Shown here piece by piece: positions 27,680 through 42,960 of a stretch of DNA of 64,000 nt; position 1 is the stretch's first letter, and each line of letters starts with the position of its first letter. This DNA is from Eledone cirrhosa (lineage: Eukaryota). The notes under the pieces are model-generated. The model had not been told where the DNA came from and searched no databases. It was given only the letters and a program-made list of their open reading frames with translations. The stretch lies in assembly GCA_964016885.1 (NCBI GenBank), contig OZ024752.1, positions 9,610,001-9,674,000 on the forward strand, given 5' to 3'. Both the position numbers and the translations under genes were made by a program.

Positions 27680-28194
27680 TATGAATGTTAATAATTAAAT
27701 GATTAATGATACTACATCTAGTTATAAAATTACAATGGCAGTGATGGTCTACTGTTTGGTCAAGGGAACCCATGACACTTATCACAGCTTCCAAATCTGG
27801 AGGTAGAGAAGACTTAAGTTATCCCCAAATCGGAGACATATGCTTGCAACAGAATAGACACTGATCAATTTAGAGAGAGACTAGGTGGTGATGTCCAAAT
27901 ATGTTCATAGACCGTGTCTACCATCAAGTTAGAGTACATGGAAATTTTAAATTAGATAGCAAAGAGCTAGAACAACTACCACAAGGCATCTCGCCGGTAC
28001 TCTAAATTATATATATATATATATGTATTTAATTATGTCTCATATAAAATAATACAACTGGCTATCCGCAAAATACGTATAGTTAGCACCCCAAACGTAT
28101 AATTGGGATTATACTAAGGTATATCCTGTTTGTTTGTTGAGTGAGACGGAAGCCGGTCGGAGTATTGCTTAAAGCTTTCTCTGTTAATGTATTA

Positions 28195-28224
<30 letters not shown>

Positions 28225-28227
<3 letters not shown>

Positions 28228-28389
28228 CGAAGGAATAGTGGTAAGGAACCAGATGGACCATAACGCACCAGAGTACTCAATATTTAGGGTAGTAGAGTGG
28301 GTAATAGGAAAAAGTATGACCGCCGACGGCAGAGCTCAAGCCGTTTCTCGACGGCTATTTCGAGAAGCTCTGTCGTCGCGGTCATACTT

Positions 28390-28445
<56 letters not shown>

Positions 28446-28639
28446 CGAAGGAATTGTGGTAAGAAACCAGGTGGACCATAACGCACCAGAGTACTCGATA
28501 CTTATGGAAGTAGAGTGGGTAATAGGAAAAGAGTCAGGACTCCAGCGGCTGAGCTCCGGTCGTTTCAACAGCTAGATCTGAACGTTCAGATCTAGCTGTC
28601 GAAACGGCCGGAGCTCAGCCGTCGGGGTCATGGCTCATT

Positions 28640-28645
<6 letters not shown>
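28225..28645. mobile_element. TA-targeted hairpin mini-element family D (two copies)
   Basis: aacgaagga..GGACCATAACGCACCAGAGTACTC..GAGTGGGTAATAGGAAAA followed by an inverted repeat with GAAACGGC..GCCGTC; other copies at 30662-30895, 30917-31020, 32535-32770, 35300-35390, 48180-48325, 57887-57990. Confidence 0.75.
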
Positions 28646-28689
<44 letters not shown>

Positions 28690-29388
28690 TGTTATATTTG
28701 TGGAGGGTCATATTGTTGTAATATTGCCAGAAATAATACCAGATCACATCAACTGTTTGGTTTGGCAGGTTTTCGCTTCTGTATCTTTTATATCTCCATA
28801 GTTAATTTATCTGGTAATCAACGTTTATCACTGATTGTATATTATTAAGGCCAGTCTCAAGTCGGTGTATTGGTAGAATCAATGGTGCGTTGGACAAAAT
28901 CTTTGCAAGATAGGTACTATGGTATAAATACTTTAATGAAAAACATGTGATGGTCGCATTCCAATAACCCATTTTTTGTTGTGTTAAACGTGTTTCTGTG
29001 GTCAATAGACTAAGTCACATGATCATGACCTAATACATTTGGTGACATCAACAGATAGTAATAACAGAATAAATATAATTTTGCAAACTTTACTGAGGGA
29101 TAGCAAAAGAAAGAACAAAAACAAAGAATTAATAATTGTTTCCACATTTGGCATAAGGCCAGCAATTATCCCAGTGTATTATTGGTACTTTATTTTATCG
29201 ACCCCGTAAGGACGAAAGGAAAAGTTAACCTCGGCGGGATTTGAACTCAGACTGTAAAGGGCCATAACTCTATGCTGAAAAGCATGTCATCCGACCCTTT
29301 ACCGATTCTGCCAATCCAACGCCCAAAGAATTAATAATAGGATAGAAACAGAACTAGCGTTGTTATCACTAGAGCGACTTCCCTCCGT

Positions 29389-29743
29389 ATATATATATAT
29401 ATATATAAAACTGAGAATGTCTGTCTGTGTGAGTTTGAATCTCTAAAAATCGAAAAGCACCCAACCGACTGTTTTCAAACTTTACGCATGTAATACTTAT
29501 GTTTCAGGGAGTGTTCTGAACCAAAAGAATTTCAAATTTTCAATGCCCTAGGGACCGCATTAGGCGATTTAGCGATCTCTCTATATAATTCTTAGTCTTT
29601 CTCTTTTTAGATAGATACATACTTATAACGTCGCGCCCTTATAATATCTGTCTGTATGTCTGACTGTATGTCTGACTGTCTGCATTACGTCACTTCCCTG
29701 ACTCTGTCTGTGTGTCTGTGTGTCTGTGTGTCTGTGTGTCTGT

Positions 29744-29802
<59 letters not shown>

Positions 29803-30397
29803 TTTGAATCCATAAAACTCGAGAAGTACCCAACCAACCTTTTTCAAACTTCACATGTGTATTACTTATGATACAGGGAGTGTTATGCACATAAACAATT
29901 CAACGTTTTGATTCCCTAGGGTCCGCATTAGGTGAAAAACTGCGTTTATTCAGGTTTTTACAGGGTTTTTGAGGCGTTACGCCGGACCGATTTCCTTGAA
30001 TTTGTAACTATGTATTAGTTAGTCTCTTCTTCATAACGTGAGCAAAGAAAATCCAACTTTTTTATGGCCTAGGTCCCGCATTAGGTGAAAAACTTCATTT
30101 TTTCAGCCTTTTAGGGCTTTTTTGAGGCGTTACGCCAAGCCGATTTTCCAGAAATTTAAAGGCATATTATGCACAGAAAAAAAATTCATTTTCTTGATCC
30201 CCTAGGGCCCGCATTAGGTGAAAACCTGCATCTTTCCTGTTTCATCGAGGAAAATCTTAAAGATTATCCAGCCATCAGATTATTCGGTTTATTTTCTTTA
30301 CATATTGTCGAGGCATGCAGTTTTTCCACGATTAGGTCTGTTGGCGGCCCGCATTCCAAAATATCTTATCCCATGAAACGCCGGGTACCACTGCTAG
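29389..30397 (+). mobile_element. Non-autonomous Helitron-type element
   Basis: TATATAAAACTGAG start; ccc..aacgccgggtaccactgCTAG|T end; homologous to 6042-6966. Confidence 0.85.
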
Positions 30398-30501
30398 TAT
30401 ATATGTATATATATATAGGTGTATAGGTGCAAGATAATTGCATCCGTAGGCGGTATGCTGGGTGAGTACTCGATGGTCACTGGAGCTTACATATTGAGGC
30501 A

Positions 30502-30589
30502 TATCTGAGGATCTTTCGATTCCAGAGTCAGGTTCGATCATTAATATATATCGTCCCTCGAGCTGATCGACAGTGAAACATATGTAATA
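30502..30589 (+). ncRNA. Type I hammerhead with extended stem II
   Basis: TAT CTGAGGA ..tcgattccagagtcagg..cctcgagctgatcga.. GAAAC ATAT GTA ATA; within TA-flanked insert 30418-30640. Confidence 0.65.
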
Positions 30590-31021
30590 AGTTATTAAAT
30601 ATGTTATGATGCAACACTGATTCTTTGTTCCTTTATTCTTATATATATATATATATATTTATAACGAAGGAATTGTGGTAAGGAACCAGATGGAACATAA
30701 CGCACCAGAGTACTCAATACTTAGGGTAGGTAGTTGAGTGGGTAATAGGAAAAAGTATGACCCCGACGGCAGAGCTCAAGCCGTTTTGACGGCTATTTCT
30801 GGACTAAATTAGAATTCTAATAAAAATTCTAATTTAGTCCAGAAATAGCCGTCGAAACGGCTTGAGCTCTGCCGTCGGGGTCATACTTTTTCCTATATAT
30901 ATATATATATATATATAAAACAAAGAATGTGTGGTAAGATTCCAGGTGGACGATAACGTACCGGAGTATTCGATACTTTGGGTAATAGGAAAATTGTTTT
31001 TTTCTTTATATGACTTTTCCT

Positions 31022-31052
<31 letters not shown>

Positions 31053-31133
31053 GGTAAACAGAAATAACAAAACGAATGTCATAGTGCAGGGAAGAACTAT
31101 ATTAGTTTAACGCTTGAAATAGCAAGAAGAGAG

Positions 31134-31169
31134 TCTTAATGTTTCGGACAGAAGTCCTTTATCAGAAGA
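31134..31169 (-). ncRNA. Degenerate minimal PLE-type hammerhead (family E)
   Basis: TCTT CTGATAA a GGAC ttct GTCC GAAAC ATT AAGA; second copy at 61711-61745 has CTGATGA. Confidence 0.55.
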
Positions 31170-31780
31170 TAGAGTTAGAAATAGAAGATAAATAGAAATT
31201 AAATAGTGATGAGAGGATGGAACGGGGGGGGGGGGCATGAGGTAAAAAAGGGGGAGGAAAGAACGCACGTGTGTATTCAGTCGGCCATCTTGGATACAAA
31301 CTAAACAGTTAGTTAATTACTGGCCAGATAGGATTTGTAAAATATAATGAAATACAGAAATTGAATTTTTACCCAATTTCTTCATTTAGTGAATCGTATT
31401 TTTCAGAAAGGTAGATATAGGTATTAGGTTATACAATTTTCTAAAAGGATAAACTCTAAACTCTTAAAACTAGTCTTTGTCTTTAGTTTTATGTATTAAT
31501 TTTCTTTAGTTTTTATCAAGTTTATTCGAAATATAATTCCCAGACAGGAAATCGATATTTTATACATAGTGTGTATGAGGAGGACAGTGAAATATACCGA
31601 ATACTAATGTTATCGACATAAGTGAAATGTGATGTTTAAAATTAAGTTTTCAATTTTCTAGTCACAGCTGTAAAGAAAAATACATCACATCCATATAATA
31701 AACGTCATTGGTTTCACAATACTCATATACATACATACATACATACATACATACAGACAGACATACATACATACATACAT

Positions 31781-31815
<35 letters not shown>

Positions 31816-31830
31816 TACATACATCGTTAC

Positions 31831-31872
<42 letters not shown>

Positions 31873-32271
31873 GCGCGTGTGTGTGTTTATGCGTGTGTGT
31901 TTGTGCGTGTGTGTTTGTAAGTATCAGCAAATATATATATATAATACACATGTGAATACATATACATATACAAATAAATATACACACACACATATAAAAC
32001 ACATATATACATATATCTATATATATATCTATATATCTATACTCCCAGTTATATATATGTATATATATATATATATATAGATGAGTCCCGGGTTCAATCA
32101 GAGGTAACCACAGCAAGTAAAGTGCTCAATACCTGAGTTCCCTAAAATCACCACCTTCCCCAACAAGAAAACATACAAATACCACTGCATTGCAATGCAA
32201 GTCGTCTTTCCTGATTATTTCCTTCGAATGAAACAGTCCTGTAGAAGCCATTTCTGTATTAAATTTGTTAG

Positions 32272-32320
<49 letters not shown>

Positions 32321-32357
32321 AATGGCTTCTACAGTACTAGAACTGTTTCATTCGGAA

Positions 32358-32408
32358 GGCTTCCTGATGATTTCTCCCAAATGAAACAGATCTAGTCCTG
32401 TAGAAGCT
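32358..32408 (+). ncRNA. Type I hammerhead (family B), covarying stem I
   Basis: GGCTTC CTGATGA tttctcccaaat GAAACAG atctagtc CTGTA GAAGCT. Confidence 0.8.
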
Positions 32409-33964
32409 ATTTCTATATTAAATATTTATACTCTGCTATGTATTGAGTACCTTACTTACTGTGGTTCTTCCCGATTTCACCCGCGATAAACTTATCTCTC
32501 TCACTCTCTCTCTGTATATATATATATATATAATCAGGACCCCGAGGGCTGAGCTCTAGCCGTTTCGACAACTAGATCCGAACAAAGGCACCAGTATTCG
32601 AACTGCAGGAATACTGGTACCTTTAATGGGATCTAGATGTCGAAACGGCCGGAGCTCAGCCATCGGGGTCCTGATTCCTTTCATAGTACCCACTCTACTA
32701 CCCCAAGTATCGAGTACTCTGGTGCGTTTATGGTCCACCTGGTAATTTACCACAACATATCTGATTTCATATATATATATATATAAATATATATCTTGTA
32801 TAAGCACCTGTAGAAAGAATGGATAAATTCACGTCTACGTCCTTCATGAAGAAAGGTCACTAATTCATACCTCTTGTATTCTGGAGCCATGGACTTTTGT
32901 TCTGAGTATGAACAGAAATAACGCGGGAATGCTTTTACCGTCTTGCTCCAGGCCCAAAGCCCAATCACCCCCCCCCCCCCCCCCCCCCCGCGCCCTCACC
33001 CCTACCTCCGCCACACCAGACCTCTTTGTATCCCCTCACGTTCCCGTTCTATTTCATTTTTCTTTCTCTCTTTTTATATTTAAATGTATATATATTTGTG
33101 TCTAATATCAATATGCACACTACATATGCTAGCAGAAGGGTGGTTTTTCTGCTAGTTCATTTAACTACTTATCATTTGAAGAAATCAAAACAGAAATATA
33201 AAACTATCATGTCGTATTTTCTCACCTGATATGCCCAATGGCATACAAGCAAAATAATGTTTTTTAAGTTTTGGCGCAGGGGAATATAGATTACATTCAC
33301 CCCAGGACTTAACTGGTTCTTGATTATATCAGTCGCGAAAGTCTGAAATGCAAAGTTAACCTCGACAGGATTTGAACACACAAACAAAATAATTGTTTCT
33401 ACTTTTGGCACACGGCCAGCAATTATTCCAGTGTATAACTGGTACTTTATTTTATCGACCCCGCAAGGATGAAAGGCAAAGTTAACCTCGGCGGCATTTT
33501 GAACTCAGACCATAAAGGGGAATAACTCTTTGCTGCAAAGCATGGCGTCCGACCCTCTACCGATACTGCCAATCCACCGCCTTTCAATCCAACACACAAA
33601 CAAAATAATAATATATGGACAGTTTCAATTATATTTCTTTTCGGTAATGTCTGTAATAGATTTCCTAAATGAAGAAACCCCATAAATATATACGTGCAAA
33701 AAGCCCATTCGGTCAAAAAACGACCATAAGATTTACATATAGAGCGTTCCACATCGAGCTACAATTCTGGGCAAGATTGTTTACTGAACACCAGCGGCTA
33801 CCCATGCATACTAACCTCCCATCTCCACGCCAGCGATGTTGTCCGATACAGCTTGGTACCACTATTGAAAGCTAATAGGTTATTTTATGTCATTTTATCA
33901 TGTAGTAGCAAATATTTTGCTCCGTGCAAATCAGAAATGTAAGTAGTCATTAAATTGAAACGAT

Positions 33965-34310
33965 AATATACTAAAGGGAGGAGTGCGGGACTGTGTCCTG
34001 AATATATATTTTTTTATCTCGTTAGTAAAATAAGTCGGATTACTTTGAATAAATAATGAATGAATATTACATAATTTATGTACTAAATTTCGTAGCTGTT
34101 GATTAAACATAAATATTCTTAAATATAATGATTGCTTATTTTAAGAATCACTTCTTTTAAGATGTTCAAATGTCAATACTTCCGGTTATGATATTTTCCT
34201 TTGCTAATTTTCTCCTTTATCATTTTCATTACATTTCACCGTAATGCAGTTTATATATATCGTCTTTTTTAAAATCTACCATGAATTACTTTACTGATTA
34301 CAGAAGAGAG
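33965..34310 (+). repeat. Unclassified dispersed repeat, second copy at 63700-64000
   Basis: Shared ggattactttgaataaataatgaatgaatattacataattta..ctaaatttcgtagctgttga. Confidence 0.75.
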
Positions 34311-35012
34311 TGTAACACAGTCTCTCTTCAATTTCTGTGCATATTGTCAATTACGATTTTATTTGACGTATCATATATACATGCATGCATATAATATATC
34401 TACATGCATGCGTATAATATCAATATGCACACTAAACATACTAGCAGAAAAACCACCGAAAGGGTGGGTTTTCTGCTAGTATTATTAACGACATCACTTT
34501 TGAGTTGATGTTTCAAATTAAGTGCATGTAAAGAGGCATAGAAGCCATAAAATTATTCTAAGGTATTTCAAAAGTGTAGTCGCATGTTTCTTTCAATCTT
34601 ATATGTATCTGGAATGGTCTGTCAAAACTCCTGTCCGGGTTAATAAAAGAATGCCTGTGCGTGCATATCTTGTGTTGCATTCATGCACCGTCAATCCGAT
34701 ATATAAATTTGGTTGAAAAACTCTCATTGAATTATATCTTCGTATAGGGATTCCGGTTAATATACATACAAGCATGGCTTTCATTAATAAAAGTAACTCA
34801 CAGAGCTGGCAGATAGAACAGAATACATAACCTAGCTAAGCTTTCAAACAGGAAAATGAAACGAGAAATGGTCTGTAATGTAATCCAAATTTTAGCTTCA
34901 ATATTCGAACAACTATAGACAAGACATCGCATGATTTGGTCTCACATCAAATTACATGGGTATATAGCTATAGCAAAATATTTGATAGTAATGTTGTCAA
35001 AGTGCCTCGCCG

Positions 35013-35044
<32 letters not shown>

Positions 35045-35390
35045 TATATTTAATATAGGAATGGCCTCTACAGGACTAGAAGTGTTTCATTCGGGAGAAA
35101 TCATCAGGGATTCCTGACGATTTCTCTTGAATGAAACAGTTAATATCCGTAGTAGTAGAGCACTCAGTCCATGGGACGAGTTTGGTAGAAGTAGTTTCAC
35201 AACAGTTAGTTCACCATACCGAAAGTAAATGTTTCACCTTACGCCGAAACATTTGTTCTCGGTATGGTGAACTAACTGTTGTGGAACTACTTCTATATAT
35301 AGAGAATTTAGTCCAGAAATAGCCGTCGAAACGGCTTGAGCTCTGCCGTCGAAACGGCTTGAGCTCTGCCGTCGGGGTCATACTTTTTCC

Positions 35391-35473
<83 letters not shown>

Positions 35474-36743
35474 GGACTTACTTTTATTAATGACAATCAT
35501 CTGCCAAATATTGACAGGATTCATGAATTAATAAGAATATTAGGAATAATCACCCGATTCCAACCTAAAACTTCAATAAAATGTCAGTTTATATCCGGTG
35601 TTAAACCAACGCAACGCGTTATTGCATCCATTAATCTGAAATGTGTAAAATTAGGCCTTTTTAAATTTCATAATTAACGAAAAAAGACTTATTGAAACTG
35701 CAGTGAAAATCAGTTGAAATATTCATGTATTATATACTAATGCAGTTCAAATCCCGCCGAAGTTGACTTTGCCTTTCATCCTTACAGTGTCGATAAAATA
35801 AAGTACCAGTAATGCACTGGGTAATTTCTGGCCTTGTGCCTAAAGTAGAAACAATTATATACTAGTGCAGCATATCAATATTAATGTTAGTTGAACTGTA
35901 CAAAAATATCACTATAGATATGTAGCACAGAAAATAACGTTATGCTGTTCTCAAGAAACCCGCAGAAAATATCCATATTTCATCACGAATCTTTCTATAC
36001 AAACTTACATATATTAATAAATATCAACTTTGTCAAACTTCTAGAAACTCAATATATTTGTTATATAGGCGCAGACGTGAATATCTGCATAAGTAGTTTG
36101 TGTCACAACCTCATGATTTCCTGTTCAAGTTGAGGTTTTGTTGACGGAGACAGTATGGAAGCACAGTATTGATGGTCATGAGAATAAGTGAACCTGTCTT
36201 ATCTGGGGAAGCTGCCTATACACGGAGGAACACCCCAGTGTAACAAAGATCAATTTTTGCTTTAATATATATATATATATATATAGATGTGATAAAAACC
36301 ACAGACCCTCCATCTCAACTCTACTTTTGAAAAGCAGAAGAAATGCGAAACCGGTAAAGGAACCAAATAAATATATATATTTTTTTAAAAATAAGACTCC
36401 AGTTGCATTTTCGATTTCATCCTTTTTTTCTTTATACTTTCACTCGTGTAGGACACCTCGGTTATTTTTCATTTTGTAAAAAAAAACCTCACTTTCTAAT
36501 ATATATATATATATATATCATCATCATCATCATCATCATACGTCCACTTTTCCCTGCTTGCAAAGGTGGGACGGGAACTGATTCTGAGTTGATTTCTAAC
36601 ACCAACCTCATTTACAGTGAGTGCTGGGTGCTTTTTACCTGTGCATCAACCCGGTCTGAGAATTGAACTCACAACCTTTCGATTGCAAGCCCAATGCTCT
36701 AACCACTTAGCCATGTGCCTCTTTCGTAAAAAAAAACCCCCAC

Positions 36744-38317
<1,574 letters not shown>

Positions 38318-38585
38318 GTTTCTACGTTAGGCACAAGGCCAGCAATTACCCAGTGTATTACTGGTAATAACAGATTAAAGTTTAAGCAAAGAATCGCTGC
38401 TTTCACTCTTAACGGGATCTTCTGATATATATTTATCCTTATTGAGCTCTCTTTGGATTTTAGTCTTCAAATTTATTATTATTTATATTATTTCTATATA
38501 TATAAAAAATATATATATAATATATATATGGTGAAATAAAATAACAAGGACGATATTGGTTACTCCTTCATTACGTTTATTGGTT

Positions 38586-38670
38586 GGTGACGCGCGTTTC
38601 GCCACTGATCAGCTCAAGGTTCGATCTGTATCGATGTAACCCAACTCTGTAATCTGCGGCTCGTCAGACC
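38586..38670 (-). ncRNA. Type I hammerhead, canonical core, extended stem II
   Basis: GGT CTGACGA GCCGC...GTGGC GAAAC GCGC GTC ACC; insert 38530-38745; partial relative at 61870-62095. Confidence 0.75.
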
Positions 38671-38741
38671 CCTTGTGAATCTAAACATCGAGTGCTCACC
38701 CGGGTGAACCTAAAGTAACTCCCAAGTTACACTCCCTTCAT

Positions 38742-38777
<36 letters not shown>

Positions 38778-38779
<2 letters not shown>

Positions 38780-40146
38780 ACCCAAGTGCATTACTGGTAC
38801 TTTATTTTATCGTCACCGTAAGGATGAAAAGCAAAGCTAGCCGAGGCGGGATTTGAACTCTGAATGTAAAGAGCCGTAACTCTATCTATGCTGCAAACAC
38901 CGTCTCTGACGCTTTACCGTACTGCCAATCCACCGCCCTTAATAATATTAATAATAATAATAATAATAATAATAATGATGATGGTGATAATAATTAATAA
39001 TGCTTTCTTTATTAACCACAAGGGTTTACATAAAGTAGACATTAAGGACAATACAGGACGGTACAAATGGGCATTTCTGCGTGCAAAAAAAAACAAAAAA
39101 CAGAGGATGTAACAAAAAAAATAACAATGAAAAATTCCCCAAAAGGGGGGAGACTTCCGAGGGACATTTGTGGAGAAAGCCCATTAAAAGGCCACAGTGA
39201 CCCTGACCACCAGAGCAAGTGACCTCTCCCAGTTTTCCACCTTTAATTTACAGACACATACTCAGAGTAGGCCCATTCACTCGGGCCATACTTGCTTCTC
39301 TCACCCATCTTTCAACAAAATGGTGGGAAGACAGCACTTCCCTCTGTGATAATAATTAATAATTGTTTCTACTTTTGGCACAAGGCCAGCAATTACCCAG
39401 TGCATTACTGGTACTTTATTTTATCGACCCCGTAAGGATGAAAGGCAAAGTTAACCTTGGCGGGATTTGAACTCAGACCGTAAAGGGACGTAACTATGCT
39501 AGAAAGCATGGCGTCCAACCCTCTACCGATACTGCCAAATAATAATTGTTTCTACTTTTGGCACAAGGCCAACAATTACCCAGTACATTACTGGTACTTT
39601 ATTTTATCGACCCCGTAAGGATGAAAGGCAAAGCTAACCTCGGCGTGATTTGAACTCAGATCATAAAGGGCCGTAACTCTATGCTGCAAAGCATGGCGTC
39701 CGACCCTCTACCGATACTGCCAATTAACCGCCCTTTAATAATAATAATGAACTCTAGGTACTATTTCAAAGAGTTTTCAAGGACGATGAACGAGGGCAAG
39801 TGCCCTCTCCCAGTTTTCCACCTTCAATTTAAAGGCGTATACTTAGAGCATTCACTCGGGCCATGCTTTCCTCTCTCACTCATCTTTCAACAAAATGTTG
39901 GGAAGAGAGCACTTCCCTCTCAATCCTGATTTTCCTTTTCAAATAGTTTAAGAAAATAATTGTGTCTACTTTAGGCACAAGGCCAGCAAATTACCCAGTC
40001 CATTACTGGTACTTTATTTTATCGACCCCGTAAGGATGAAAGGCAAAGTTAACCTCGGCGGGATTTGAACTCAGATCGTAAAGGGACGTAACTATGCTGG
40101 AAAGCATGGCGTCCGACCCTCTACCTTTACTCCCAATCCACCACCA
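38778..40146 (-). mobile_element. Cluster of SINE family 1 copies interleaved with L1/Tx1-like LINE 3' ends (39000-39345, 39745-39945)
   Basis: Four SINE cores; minus-strand REVLSSHHFVERWVREASMARVNG with (TAA)n tail. Confidence 0.7.
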
Positions 40147-40172
40147 TAGTTTACGATAATAATTTATTTCGG

Positions 40173-41772
40173 CGATGACTATGACTATGACAATGACTAT
40201 GACGATGGCGATGACGATGACAATGGCGATGACGATGAAAATGACGATGACGATGAAAATGACGATGACGATGGCAATGGCGATGACGATGACAATGGCG
40301 ATGACAATGACGACGGTGATGACGATGTCAATGGCGATGACGATGACGATGACGATGCCGATGACGATGACAACGACTATGACGATGAAAATGACGATGA
40401 CGATGACGATGATGGCAATGACGATGACAATGACGATGATGATGATGACGATGACGATGATGACGATGACGATGATGACAATGGCGATGATATATTGTTA
40501 GGACAAAGGTGTCACGAAGACGATCATCTCAACCATATTTCCCCAAATGGCTTTTGATATTGTTTTACTCTCATTAAAAGTGACAATGGTGTGATGATGA
40601 TGATGGTGGCGATGGTGGCGATGATGATGGTGATGGTGGTGGCGATGATGATGGTGATTATGGTGGCGATGATGATGGTGATGGTGGTGGCGATGATGAT
40701 GGTGATTATGGTGGCGATGATGATGGTGATTATGGTGGCGATGATGATGGTGATGGTGGTGGCGATGATGATGGTGATTATGGTGGCGATGATGATGGTG
40801 ATTATGGTGGCGATGATGATGGTGATGGTGGTGGCGATGATGATGGTGATTATGGTGGCGATGATGATGGTGATGGTGGTGGCGATGATGATGGTGATTA
40901 TGGTGGCGATGATGATGGTGATTATGGTGGCGATGATGATGGTGATGGTGGTGGCGATGATGATGGTGATTATGATAGTGATGTTGATGGTGATGGTGGT
41001 GATGGTGATTATGATGGTGATGATGGTGGCGATGGTGGCGATGATGATGGTGATTATGGTGGCGATGATGATGATGATGATGGTGGCGATGATGATGGTG
41101 ATTATGATAGTGATGTTGATGGTGATGGTGGTGATGGTGATTATGATGGTGATGATGGTGGCGATGGTGATGGTGATTATGGTGGTGATGATGGTGATGG
41201 TGATGATGGTGATGATGGTGATGGTGATGATGGTGAAGGTGGTGGTGGTGGTGGTGATGGTGATGGTGGTGGTGGTGATGATGATGATGATGGTGATGGT
41301 GATGATGGTGATGGTGATGACGGTGATGATGGTCGTGATGGTGATGATGATGGTGATGGTGGTTATGGTGATGATGGTGATGATGGTGATGGTGGTGACG
41401 ATGGTGATGGTGGTTATGATGGTGATTGTGATGATGGTGGTGATGGTGGTGGTGATGGTGGTGATGATGGTGATTGGTGATCGTGGTGATGGTGATTATG
41501 ATGGTGATGATGGTGATGATGATGGTGATGATGATGGTGATGATGTTGGTGATGATGATGGTGGTGATGGTGATGATGTTGGTGATTATGATGGTGATGG
41601 TGATTATGATGGTGATGATGGTGATGCTGATGGTGATGCTGATGATGGTGAGGGTGATTATGATGGTGATGCGGATGATGATGATGATGGTGATGCTGCT
41701 GATGATGATGATGGTGATGATGAACATCCTCGTTACCGTTATCGAAGTGGTCATCATCATCATCATCATCAT
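40173..41772. repeat. (ATG/GAC/GTG)-type trinucleotide low-complexity tract with higher-order periodicity
   Basis: Direct inspection. Confidence 0.95.
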
Positions 41773-42169
41773 TTCCTATATCATCAGACCATCAACGTTA
41801 TTCATAACATGTTGGTGGACGGCATCTTCTTGGCAAAGATTGTGAAATATTAACTCCTGGCGCCGGACTCTTTACCTTCTATCAATAGTTTGTCTCTATA
41901 GAAAATAACATCTTTGCTATTATCAAATCTCTGTCATTAGTTTTATTAGTGAAGTGAAATGGCGACAGAAATATAAGAAAAGTCGCTTAAAATAGTTTTG
42001 TAAGTTACAGAAACAAACTTTAGGCTGTTTTTTCATTATTGCCCCCATTTTTGATGTCAATTACAGATCTAGAAAATAAGTGTTTACTAAATGAATGAAC
42101 TCTATAGATAATGAACACAACCACAAGGATATGGTCCGAACGTGGAAGAGCCGAACTCCCACTGTCATC

Positions 42170-42960
42170 GCAGTGGAGACTTCTGGTGTCTTTGGCCCTA
42201 GGGTTACCGCCCTAGTTACCCCATAGGCGCTGACCTAGCTACCCCTAGCAGTGGAGACTTGTGGTGTCCTTGGCCCTAGGGCTACCTCCCTAGTTACAAC
42301 CTTAGGTGCTGAGCTGGCTACCCCTAGCAGTGGACACTTCTGGTGTCCTTGGCCCTAGGGCTACCGCCCTAGTTACCACCATATGAGCTGAGCTGGATAC
42401 CCATAGCAGTGGAGACTTCTGGTGTCCTTGGCCCTAGGGCTACCGCCCTAGTTACCACCATAGGAGCTGAGCTGGCTACCCCTAGCTGTGGAGACTTCTG
42501 GTGTCCTTGGCCCTAGGGCTACCTCCCTAGTTACAACCATAGGCGCTGAGCTGGCTACCCCTAGCTGTGGAGACTTCTGGTGTCCTTGGCCCTAGGGCTA
42601 CTTCCCTACCTACCACCATAGGAACTGAGCTGGCTACCGCTAGCTGTGAAGATTTCTGGTGTCCTTGGCCCTAGGGCTACCTCCCTACCTACCACCATAG
42701 GCGCTGAGCTGGCTACCGCTAGCTGTGGAGACTTCTGGTGTCCTTGGCCCTAGTTACAACCATAGCCGCTGAGCTGGCTACCCCTAGCTGTGGAGACTTC
42801 TGGTGTCCTTGGCCCTAGTGCTACCGCCCTACTTACCACCATAGGCGCTGAGCTGGCCAGCTGCAAGTGTGAGCCTCGTGAGTTGGAATGGTTCTTCCAG
42901 CGCATCTCCCTTACCATCCTCCGGGGAAACACCTTCTCCATCCTATCCGCCAGGGCCGAG
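42170..42960 (+). mobile_element. 79-bp minisatellite (9 units) derived from the C-terminal restriction-like endonuclease region of a CRE/R2-group non-LTR element
   Basis: The last unit reads AVETSGVLGPSATALLTTIGAEL..EPRELEWFFQRISLTILRGNTFSIL. Confidence 0.75.

Noticed and set aside
40175-41853. His-rich or Met/Val-rich ORFs
   Set aside because: Trinucleotide low-complexity repeat open on both strands; no domain or splice evidence
42170-42860. CRISPR-like periodic array
   Set aside because: Whole units repeat with no unique spacers; TE-derived minisatellite in eukaryotic DNA
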